A stretch of DNA of 64,000 nt from Nitrospirota bacterium (GTDB lineage: Bacteria > Nitrospirota > UBA9217): assembly GCA_963737155.1 (NCBI GenBank), contig CAVTRN010000002.1, positions 2,336,001-2,400,000 on the forward strand. The letters are read 5' to 3'. The notes below the pieces were generated by a model, which searched no databases, had not been told where the DNA came from, and saw only the letters and a program-made list of their open reading frames with translations. This document shows, piece after piece, positions 21,388 to 29,963 of the stretch (position 1 is the first letter of the stretch; every line of letters starts with the position of its first letter). The position numbers were made by a program, and so were the translations under genes.

Positions 21388-23085
21388 TTATCGCCGACCT
21401 ATCAGGCGAAGCAAGCGGTCCAGAGTGATTTCGAATGCCGCGCAAGGCATGGCAATCTGCACACGTTCAAGCACATTGGGGCGAATCTCACCAATGAAAC
21501 CGACAGCCATGCCGCTTGAAAGGATAGCCCCACATCGTCCATGGGTGAATAACGGTTGATCCGCTGGAGCTAGCGAGTAGTCCAAACCGAGGTAATAGAA
21601 AAGAATATCGAGGGTGGAATGCATTTCCGAGAAGTTAGCACTGGGATGAGATATGAGGGCGCCTAGGTTCAACTCCGTTCGGGACCCGTTATTTTCGTTT
21701 TTATCGAAAACTGCAACTTCTCCGATTTCGAAGATGTTGTGGGGATAAAACGCTTTGGCACTGGCTTTCTCCACAGTTAATAGCGATGGGATGATACGGT
21801 TCCTGAGTAGGGAGTAGGCCAAAGACATGATGTTGTCCACTTCGACGATCATCTCCCCTTCCGGCATAGCATAGTCTAGCTCTTCGCGCGAGCAGAGAAT
21901 ATTAGACATGATCTCTTGGAAACCCGCCCCGACCATAGTTCCTCGGGCCGAGTCTGAAAGCATCTCAAGCGCGGTAAGCGAGCCAACTGTGGATTGCCGC
22001 GGCATTACAGGCTCGAAGGAATCGTATCCCCTGCTAATGGCATAATCCTCGACAAGGTCCATGGGATGCATAATATCGTCGCGGTACGGCGGCACTTCAA
22101 CCGTGAGCATACCACGGGACGACACTACGGAATGGCCGTAAGAAGCGAGGTGTTTCTTCACATCGGCCAAAACAACGTCTTCACCCAGCCCTGAGGAGAA
22201 CTTCGACAAAGGGATCTTGAACTTTCCCGATGTGTTTACCGGAAAGACCACGCGCTTTCCGAATGCCGTTTCGTAGGGATAGATTATGAGTATTGGCTCG
22301 ATTTCCGCACCTCGGTCGTAGAAGTTTGTCGCCAGAATGTTGAGCGTAAGCGTTGTCATTCGTAGATCTGTGCCCGTTACTTCGATAAGCACGTTCCTCG
22401 TCTGGGATTTAACCTCTCCGATTTCTCTGCTGTTGATGACCGGCGGGAACGAAAGCACTCGTTCCATATTGTCCATGAGAACAGGATACTGTGAAAAAGG
22501 CTTAACGATATTACCGTAAGCAATACCTTTCGGATGGCGTTCGAGAATTTCAGCAAGTGTCAGTCGTTCTTCCAAGCCAAGTGGTGTGAAAGATATTGAA
22601 GATGGATCCGCAAGCCGGTAATCCACGGGAAATACGATGCGGTCGAGCTCATAGATCCCGATTGAGATCGTCGTCCGTTGCCTGCCGTATATTTCGGCAA
22701 GTTTGTCCTGGCTCTGGATCATCTGCGCCAGCACATCGTCGCTCATGCGTACGCCACTGGCCGTGCAAGCGGCGATAAAGGGTCGAACGGCTTTCATTGC
22801 CCTGGCAACCCGAATCTCCCGTGTTGCTTTCCTGCCGTGATTAAAGAAAGAATAGGTCTCGGGCTTGCCGGAAAGAGCAATCTTGATCTGTCGGGCGATG
22901 CCCTCTGCAGACCAGAGGTCTGGCCGGTTGCTATCTGAGAGTTCCACCTTGAGATCATCGGTCGCGGCATTATATTCTTTCAGCTCCGCTTTTGCGAGCA
23001 TAAGATACTTTTCAAGCGCGCTGAGGGCAAGTTTCTGTCCGATGAGGGAGTCGAGATCGTTTTTTTTGATGTCAATTGTCGGCAT
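21388..23085 (-). CDS. pheT: Phenylalanine--tRNA ligase beta subunit, archaeal/eukaryote type
   Basis: 565 aa. MPTI start, NRPDLWSAEGIAR, LSFPPVINS and PPYRDDIMHPMDLVEDYAI. Lacks the bacterial OB-fold and anticodon-binding domains. Confidence 0.92.
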   Translation of the reverse strand: MPTIDIKKNDLDSLIGQKLALSALEKYLMLAKAELKEYNAATDDLKVELSDSNRPDLWSAEGIARQIKIALSGKPETYSFFNHGRKATREIRVARAMKAVRPFIAACTASGVRMSDDVLAQMIQSQDKLAEIYGRQRTTISIGIYELDRIVFPVDYRLADPSSISFTPLGLEERLTLAEILERHPKGIAYGNIVKPFSQYPVLMDNMERVLSFPPVINSREIGEVKSQTRNVLIEVTGTDLRMTTLTLNILATNFYDRGAEIEPILIIYPYETAFGKRVVFPVNTSGKFKIPLSKFSSGLGEDVVLADVKKHLASYGHSVVSSRGMLTVEVPPYRDDIMHPMDLVEDYAISRGYDSFEPVMPRQSTVGSLTALEMLSDSARGTMVGAGFQEIMSNILCSREELDYAMPEGEMIVEVDNIMSLAYSLLRNRIIPSLLTVEKASAKAFYPHNIFEIGEVAVFDKNENNGSRTELNLGALISHPSANFSEMHSTLDILFYYLGLDYSLAPADQPLFTHGRCGAILSSGMAVGFIGEIRPNVLERVQIAMPCAAFEITLDRLLRLIGRR

Positions 23086-23184
23086 ATATGAAATACACGT
23101 TCAAAGTTGTAAGTACAGAGTAAAGCCTCACGACTAAACACATGATGGAGTTGCATTGTTTCGATACAATGCCCAGGGGAATAG

Positions 23185-24753
23185 TTAATTACTCAGCGGT
23201 ATTTTCCTGGTTCTGATGAAATCCAGATCTCGCGAGAACAGGTCGCGGATATCCTGAATACCGAGCGCCACCATGGCCATGCGGTCGAGGCCCAAACCCC
23301 AAGCGATTACCGGGACATTTACGCCCAGCGGTACAGTCACTTCAGGCCGGAAAATGCCGGCCCCGCCTAGTTCCATCCATCCCAGTTCCGGATGCTTTAC
23401 ATGCAGTTCTACGGATGGTTCCGTGAACGGGAAGTAGGCTGGCCGAAACTGGAACTCTCCTGCTTTAGCGATTTCCTTTCCGAACAGCTTCAGGAGACCA
23501 AGCAACTGTTTGAAATTGATGTCCTCACCGAGTACGATGCCCTCGACCTGGTAAAAATCGGGGGCATGGGTGGCATCCACAGAATCATAACGAAAACAGC
23601 GGGCTATGGAAAAGTATTTTCCGGGGATTTTGGGTCCTGAGGCTAGGGCCCTGGCCGACACAGCCGTTCCTTGGCTGCGTAAGATCAGTCGTTTCGCCCG
23701 TTCCAGGTCAAAGGCGTAGCGCCAACCCGTGGACCCCGTCTTTCCGCCGTCCTTGTGCGCTGCAGCGACCTGCTTAGCGAAAGGTTGTTCGATCAGCTTG
23801 CTCGTTGTGGGATCTTTGATAAAATACACGTCATGGATATTTCGCGCTGGGTGGAATTGAGGCATGTACAGCGCGTCCATATCCCAAAATTCGTTTTCCA
23901 CAAGTGGTCCCCGCATTTCTTCGAATCCCATGCCAATGAACTTGTACTTCACGAAGTCGAGAAATTCCTTATAAGGATGCTTCTTGCCAATACTGCGGCG
24001 CGGCGGGCTGAGGGCGATGTTGTATGCGCGGAACTTTTTGTTCTTCCATGTCCCCTGCTTCAGCATCTCCGGAGTAAGAACGGAAATTTCTTCGAGCGCC
24101 CCTCCCCGTTCCTTGAGCAAAACAAGCAGTTCCTGACCTGGGGCCGTCAAAGCGTAAGAACGGTTCTTTCGCTCAACGATGCGAAAGATCCCCTTCGACT
24201 TCCCCCGCTTGTGGAAGTTTAAATGAATCGCGGTTTGTTGTTCGGGGGTGAAGGCCGACAAGTCGGTTCGATCATCTCTTGCCGCTGTTTTGATGAGTGC
24301 GTTAAGGGACTCATGCTCCAAGATATAGGCTCCAGCTAACAGTTCAAGGATTCCACCTTGAGCAATGCGTATAATGCCCGTTTCCTTGAGTGTCCCTACG
24401 GCCGAACTGACTTCGGCTGGCTCCATACCCCAAGACTGAATGATATCCTTGACGGCGATCTTATCCCCTTCTCGGAGAGCACCAATGATCCGCATCTCGG
24501 GGGTGCCTTTCTCAGAATATTCCCTACCGGTTTCCGTGAGAGATACGAACGAAGTGACGGACTCGTCCTTGACATCTAGCAATCCTTTTGTCTGTAGCCA
24601 GCCCGAGGCCATATCCAGTCTGGGTTCATCAAGGCCGGATACGCTCAGTATCTCCGATGCTAATATGGTAGTCTTTATTGCAAAACAGAGAAGCAGCTTG
24701 CTTTCTAAAGGGTGAAGACTTTCAAGGAGTTTGATATGTTCCGGAGCGGTCAT
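23185..24753 (-). CDS. pheS: Phenylalanine--tRNA ligase alpha subunit, archaeal/eukaryote type
   Basis: 522 aa with a long N-terminal extension. FWDMDALYMPQFHPAR, DATHAPDFYQVEG, YFPFTEPS, GAGIFRPE and AWGLGLDR. Confidence 0.93.
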   Translation of the reverse strand: MTAPEHIKLLESLHPLESKLLLCFAIKTTILASEILSVSGLDEPRLDMASGWLQTKGLLDVKDESVTSFVSLTETGREYSEKGTPEMRIIGALREGDKIAVKDIIQSWGMEPAEVSSAVGTLKETGIIRIAQGGILELLAGAYILEHESLNALIKTAARDDRTDLSAFTPEQQTAIHLNFHKRGKSKGIFRIVERKNRSYALTAPGQELLVLLKERGGALEEISVLTPEMLKQGTWKNKKFRAYNIALSPPRRSIGKKHPYKEFLDFVKYKFIGMGFEEMRGPLVENEFWDMDALYMPQFHPARNIHDVYFIKDPTTSKLIEQPFAKQVAAAHKDGGKTGSTGWRYAFDLERAKRLILRSQGTAVSARALASGPKIPGKYFSIARCFRYDSVDATHAPDFYQVEGIVLGEDINFKQLLGLLKLFGKEIAKAGEFQFRPAYFPFTEPSVELHVKHPELGWMELGGAGIFRPEVTVPLGVNVPVIAWGLGLDRMAMVALGIQDIRDLFSRDLDFIRTRKIPLSN

Positions 24754-24841
24754 AAGATGCGGTCAAGATTACGTTGAATGAATATTTTTGTCAAGAAAAA
24801 ACAGATTGACGGAGGTTTAAAAGGTATGTTATGCTGCAATT

Positions 24842-25252
24842 ATGGCAAACATTAAGGTTCGGCCGAAATTGAGTTTTACCCTCATCTGCGACGATGTGCG
24901 ACAGGAAATGGGCGGCAAATTCAGTCTTATGGGGCTCTTTGAAAGCATCTTTTCCCATACTTTCCCAGCGATGCACCACCGCTTTGCGATCGTGAACGAA
25001 TGGATCGGTGGTCGGGGAGATTTTATCGTGAAAATCAGACTCCTCGCTCCGGACCGTGAGCAAGTACTCTCAGAATCGCAAACAAATCTGAGCCTCTATA
25101 AAGAAACGCAGCGCCATCGCGATATCTCGATACGCTATAACACAACCTTCAAGGTTCCGGGCACCTATTGGGTCGAAACTCTTCTCGACGATGAGCAGGT
25201 CGGCATGGTTCCCCTCGTAGTCCAGATGGTGTCGGAGCAAACGGTGCATTGA
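24842..25252 (+). CDS. Conserved hypothetical protein (DUF6941-like)
   Basis: ICDDVRQE.GGKFSLMGLF and F..PGTYWVE motifs. TTGACG/TATGCT promoter directly upstream. Confidence 0.65.
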   Translation: MANIKVRPKLSFTLICDDVRQEMGGKFSLMGLFESIFSHTFPAMHHRFAIVNEWIGGRGDFIVKIRLLAPDREQVLSESQTNLSLYKETQRHRDISIRYNTTFKVPGTYWVETLLDDEQVGMVPLVVQMVSEQTVH

Positions 25253-25295
25253 AGCATTTCTCGCACTGAGCCCCCCTTCTCGCTGATCCGCGTCC

Positions 25296-26000
25296 TCACT
25301 CCAGGACGACAATCGGTGTCATGCCCACCTTCTCATGAATTTCCTTCTCAAGCTTTTCCGCAGCATCTCTGTTTCTAAAGCTCCCGATTCGAACGCGATA
25401 CCACGTTCTCTTGCCATGCAATTCCGACAGAACGATGAAAGCCGCAAATCCGCTCTGCTTCATTCGTTTGACATCATACTCCGCGGCCTGCTTTTCTGGA
25501 TGCGAAGATACCTGGATCGTATAACGCAACTTTTCGGACATAACCTGCTTGCGCGGCGCTGCCTTTTTGTTCGCTTCGGGAGACGGTTTAATCACTTTTT
25601 TTTTCGTTGCTTCGACTAAAATGGTTTGTTTCTCAGGTCTGGACTCCGCTCCTCGCTCTTTCGTAGTTTTTTGATCTACAGCCTTGGGAGCATCAACGCT
25701 CTCTTTCTTTTCAGAGTCGCTGAAAGTGTTCTCGCTTTTGGACTTGAGATCAATGGAAACTGTCCGGTTTTCCTTCTCGGTCAATGTCTTATAAAAGGTG
25801 AATTCCTCCGGCTTGGGTTGATTTTTGGAAACGACAGCGGGAAGCGGCTGTATGTTATCGCCCGATGAAGCTGTTTTTCTCTCATATCTCCCGACGTAAT
25901 AACCAAGGAAAAAGAAACCCAGCATAAGGACCACTCCTGCCGGAATAATGAATAGCTTGGATATGACTCCGCCACGTTGGTTATTAATCATGCGACTCAT
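25296..26000 (-). CDS. SPOR-domain cell-division protein (FtsN-like)
   Basis: N-terminal TM, FTFYKTL motif, Lys/Glu linker and C-terminal SPOR domain (YTIQVSS..WYRVRIGSF). Confidence 0.85.
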   Translation of the reverse strand: MSRMINNQRGGVISKLFIIPAGVVLMLGFFFLGYYVGRYERKTASSGDNIQPLPAVVSKNQPKPEEFTFYKTLTEKENRTVSIDLKSKSENTFSDSEKKESVDAPKAVDQKTTKERGAESRPEKQTILVEATKKKVIKPSPEANKKAAPRKQVMSEKLRYTIQVSSHPEKQAAEYDVKRMKQSGFAAFIVLSELHGKRTWYRVRIGSFRNRDAAEKLEKEIHEKVGMTPIVVLE

Positions 26001-26065
26001 CCCTTTCCCATATATTTATAAACCATAGACAGCCAAGTACAGTGAACTGCCATTCCGTCACCCTC

Positions 26066-27109
26066 TTATGCAATCAACATCGCGTCCCCGTAACTGTAAA
26101 ACCGATATTTTTCCGCTACCGCAGTCCGATAGGCCGATAAGATCCGTTCCCTGCCAGCAAAGGCAGATATCAGCATAAGAAGCGTTGACTTTGGTAAATG
26201 GAAATTCGTAATGATCCCGTCGGTTACTTTGAATTTATACCCCGGATAAATGAAAAGCTCCGACGCCCCCTCACCGGCAATGACCAAACCGTTGCTACGA
26301 CAGGCGGTTTCAATCGTACGCACGCTCGTGGTTCCTACGGCAATCACCCGTCTGTCTTCGGCTCTTGCCTTGTTGATCTCGCTCGCCGCAACAAGTGATA
26401 TCGAGTAGTGTTCCGGAAGCATCCGGTGTTCGACGATCCTGTCAGAACGCACAGGCTGAAAAGTGCCGGGGCCTACATGAAGCGTAACCGTAACGATTTT
26501 AACCCCCTTGGCCGCGAGCTTTGCGAGTAGATCCCTGCTGAAGTGCAGGCCTGCCGTGGGCGCTGCTACGGCTCCTTCCCGCGATGCGTAAACGGTTTGA
26601 TAACGCTCGCGATCCTGCTCTGAAGGATCGCGTCTGATATAGGGTGGCAACGGAATCCTGCCTATTTCATTCAGGATGCCACGAATATCAACCAAACTGT
26701 GGAAACGGATCGTCCTGGTCCCATCGACATGCTCTTCAATGATCTCCGCCTCCACTCCCAGGGAAATAATCAGCCTTTTCCCTGCGCCGCCTCCGCCTTT
26801 TACGAGCGTCACCCACAAATTGCGCTCGATCTCCGACAGGAGGAATATCTCAGATCTGCCTCCGCCCTGCTTTGTCGCTGGCAACCTGCAGGGAAAAACC
26901 CTCGTGTCGTTCAAGACCAGCAGGTCTCCCGGCGAGAGAAATTCCTGAAGATTGGCAAACGTCCTGTGTTCAATGACACGCGATGAGCGGTTGAGAACCA
27001 TTAGACGTGATTGATCGCGATCCAATTGCGGCTCCTGTGCAATAAGCGTCTCTGGAAGCACATAGTCGAAATCAGAGAGTCTCAGCTGTTCTACCGCGTG
27101 ACTATTCAT
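26066..27109 (-). CDS. queA: S-adenosylmethionine:tRNA ribosyltransferase-isomerase
   Basis: LSDFDY.LP..LIAQ, PLPPYI, AAPTAGLHF, TNFHLPKST and YRFYSYGDAM. Confidence 0.97.
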   Translation of the reverse strand: MNSHAVEQLRLSDFDYVLPETLIAQEPQLDRDQSRLMVLNRSSRVIEHRTFANLQEFLSPGDLLVLNDTRVFPCRLPATKQGGGRSEIFLLSEIERNLWVTLVKGGGGAGKRLIISLGVEAEIIEEHVDGTRTIRFHSLVDIRGILNEIGRIPLPPYIRRDPSEQDRERYQTVYASREGAVAAPTAGLHFSRDLLAKLAAKGVKIVTVTLHVGPGTFQPVRSDRIVEHRMLPEHYSISLVAASEINKARAEDRRVIAVGTTSVRTIETACRSNGLVIAGEGASELFIYPGYKFKVTDGIITNFHLPKSTLLMLISAFAGRERILSAYRTAVAEKYRFYSYGDAMLIA

Positions 27110-27237
27110 GGCGGGATAATACCATATTGGGATAACGGGATAAAGATAAAATGCAGATTATTAAGGCGGACAGATCATGACACCTGAGTGTTGGTCTTGA
27201 CAGGAAGAATGCCTTTTCTTAAAGCGTCAGCTTTATT

Positions 27238-27540
27238 TCAGGACCGCATCCAGCCACGCTCGAATTCTTCATAGGATATCGAGAAACTATTAGCGATTTC
27301 CTTGGGCTTGTCGGCGTCCACTGCGATGTCATCGGGCACGGCCTTAGCCCGATATAAACTGAAGGAATCGATCATGTGAGGGACCGAGAAAAGGCTGACC
27401 AAGTAGGTGTGGGCTGGAATTCAGCCACGGAAAAGGTCTTTCCAGGTGTGACAACGACGGCGGTCTGCCGGTCTTTGTGAGTTTGCCAAACGCGGTGGCC
27501 TGGCGTCCATTGTTATCACGGTTTTGACGCTTTACGCCAG
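27238..27540 (-). pseudogene. Remnant of a peptidase MA-like protein C-terminus
   Basis: TYLVSLFSVPHMIDSFSLYRAKAV.DDIA...ISYEEFERGWMRS*, with no intact start. Confidence 0.45.
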
Positions 27541-27581
27541 GCGTGGAGCGATGATCCCGCTCCCTCTACTACCTTCCGTTT

Positions 27582-27986
27582 TCAGTCTTTCATCACTTTT
27601 ACCATGACTCTTCGGTCGCGGGGACCATCAAATTCGCAAAAAAACAAAGCCTGCCAGGTACCAAGTGTAAGACGTCCATCCTCAACAAGCACCGGTTTTG
27701 AAACACCTATCATGCTTGATTTAATATGCGCCGCGGAATTTCCTTCGCTATGCCCATAATTATCGTCAAAGGGGATGACCTTATTCATTTCTTTCAGGAG
27801 GTCACGTCCCACGTTGGGGTCCGAATTTTCGTTAATCATTACTGCCGCGGTCGTATGTGGCACGTAGACGTAACATACTCCTGAGCGAATTCCGCTTTCA
27901 GTCACAAGGCGCTGCACCCCCTGTGTGATGTCCACAAGTTCCGTCCTGGCATTCGTTTTCACCCTAAGCTGCCTGATCATTTGCAA
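27582..27986 (-). CDS. yjbQ: YjbQ/UPF0047 family protein
   Basis: PHTTAA..INENSDP, H.EGNSAAHIKS and LGTWQ..FCEFDGPR. Confidence 0.92.
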   Translation of the reverse strand: MQMIRQLRVKTNARTELVDITQGVQRLVTESGIRSGVCYVYVPHTTAAVMINENSDPNVGRDLLKEMNKVIPFDDNYGHSEGNSAAHIKSSMIGVSKPVLVEDGRLTLGTWQALFFCEFDGPRDRRVMVKVMKD

Positions 27987-28253
27987 CCTCCCGGGAATAG
28001 AGTAAGTAAAATATAATTTTTCTCAGCACGGGCAGAAATTTCCGCCGTCCAACAGACTGAGAGAGGATGATAACGCCTGTTAATAAATCTCAGCTACTAT
28101 TTGCTGCACTTCTCTCTAAGCTTTTTTTGGCCTTAGTGATAATATTTCCCCGGGTTTGGGCCTAATCATGCCCAGGATTTACGGGCATGTACAACGCACT
28201 TCTGTGACTTGGTATCCTTCCGCACCTCAGGCTTGTAGATGCACCGGATTTCC

Positions 28254-29891
28254 TTACCGGTCAATCCCCATGTCTTCACGACCTTTTGCGCGTTTTTCTT
28301 CTGCGATCGGATAAATAATGTGAGTGATGAGCGAATTGATCCGTGCAAGATTGCCGATGAGGTCGAGATGCACGTGACTAGTCTCAATGGATTCCCGCAA
28401 TCCTTTCCGCAACCGGTCAAGATGGGCCTGCACCAGCTCACGTTCCATGATACCGATCTCCTCCTTGTTTCTGAGCACGCTGTTGGCGAGATCACGATCA
28501 TTTCCTGCGAAAGACGATATCGCCATATCGTAGTCGTCGACAATCTTCTTATGGAACATGGTGATCTCTTCGAGCCCCTCCCGCGAAAAAGTCATGCCTT
28601 TGATGATCCGCTTCATGGCAAGCGGCATAATGTTACGGTCGATGATATCGCCAATACTCTCCAGGTTTCTCGACGCTTCAAGGACCGTCATGGCGCGCCG
28701 CGTTTGTGATTCCGTGAGATGGGACGACGACAATCGGGCGATGTAAAGCCTAATATGCCGGTCGAGGAGGTCGACCAGGTTGTCCTGGTTTTTGATGCCG
28801 GCGATGACTTCGGTGTCGTCAGTCTCGAAGGATTTGATCGAATCGACAAGCATTCCCCGCACGATATCCGAAGCCCTCAGTGCCTCCCGCGTTGCCTGGC
28901 CCAAGGCGAGCGATGGTGTGCTGAGCACATGATCATCGAGGTACAACGGCCCGAATTTCTTTTCTCCCTCCTTCTCTGGAATGACCTTCACGATGAGTTG
29001 TGCGAACAGCCCAGTGAAAGGGAGAAAACAGACAGCCATGATGCCATTGAATAGTGTATTGGCATTCGCGATCTGGCGAGGTAGGTCGGTCGTCGAAGCT
29101 GCGATCAACTCTTGAAAAGGGGTAACGAAGGGCAGAAAGAGCAGAACGCCGAACAGCTTAAATAATATGTGTGCCCAGGCTACCCGGCGCGCCTCCACCG
29201 GTGAGCGCATGCTTGCAATGAGCGCCGTGGCGCAGGTCCCAATATTGGCTCCGAAAATAATGTACAACGCGGTTTTAAGCGGTATCAGGCCGCTCTTAGT
29301 CAGTACCAGGGCGATGCCCATGGTCGCTGCGCTACTGTGGATAAGTCCGGTCAAGAGGGCTGAGAGCGCAATACCGAGAGCGGGCGTGTCCGTGAGGGCC
29401 ACAAACACCTGACGGAAGAGTTCATTTTCCTGGAGTGGTGTCATCGCATCGGTCATGATTTTGAGGGACAGAAATACGAAGCCGAAGCCGAGGATCCCCG
29501 TTCCTGTGTTTCGCGCAATAATATTTTTTGGAAAAAGCACGAACGCTAGGCCGATCCCGATGATGAGAACCGCATAGTCATAAATATGGAAGGCGATAAG
29601 CTGAACTGTGAGGGTTGCACCAATGTCAGCGCCGAGTATCACTGCGAGGGATTGGCGGAAGGTCATGAGCCCAGCACTCACGAATCCCACGAGCATGACG
29701 GACGTGGCGCTGCTTGACTGGATCAGGCCGGTAATGAAGGCGCCGCCTCCCACTGCGGCCAGGCGGTTGCTCGTAAGGGAACGGAGCAGGGATCTGATCT
29801 TCGAGCCCGCAGCATTCTGGAGCCCGTCATTCAGGAGCTTTATTCCGTAAAGAAGCAGCAATACCCCGCCGAAGAGGCTGATCAGGAGCAT
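28254..29891 (-). CDS. Na+/Pi cotransporter family protein with PhoU domains
   Basis: QSSSAT / HSSAAT repeats, GANIGT and a helical C-terminal PhoU-like region. Confidence 0.92.
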   Translation of the reverse strand: MLLISLFGGVLLLLYGIKLLNDGLQNAAGSKIRSLLRSLTSNRLAAVGGGAFITGLIQSSSATSVMLVGFVSAGLMTFRQSLAVILGADIGATLTVQLIAFHIYDYAVLIIGIGLAFVLFPKNIIARNTGTGILGFGFVFLSLKIMTDAMTPLQENELFRQVFVALTDTPALGIALSALLTGLIHSSAATMGIALVLTKSGLIPLKTALYIIFGANIGTCATALIASMRSPVEARRVAWAHILFKLFGVLLFLPFVTPFQELIAASTTDLPRQIANANTLFNGIMAVCFLPFTGLFAQLIVKVIPEKEGEKKFGPLYLDDHVLSTPSLALGQATREALRASDIVRGMLVDSIKSFETDDTEVIAGIKNQDNLVDLLDRHIRLYIARLSSSHLTESQTRRAMTVLEASRNLESIGDIIDRNIMPLAMKRIIKGMTFSREGLEEITMFHKKIVDDYDMAISSFAGNDRDLANSVLRNKEEIGIMERELVQAHLDRLRKGLRESIETSHVHLDLIGNLARINSLITHIIYPIAEEKRAKGREDMGIDR

Positions 29892-29963
29892 GGAAATACT
29901 ATGCCTAATTTTTCGGAGTTCGTCAAGGCAATCTTGAGATTCGCAGCATTTTCACCGGGTATG

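Noticed and set aside
23120-23175. Riboswitch-like words between pheS and pheT
   Set aside because: On the strand opposite the genes and incomplete; only a 7-bp hairpin (23153-23172) is supported.
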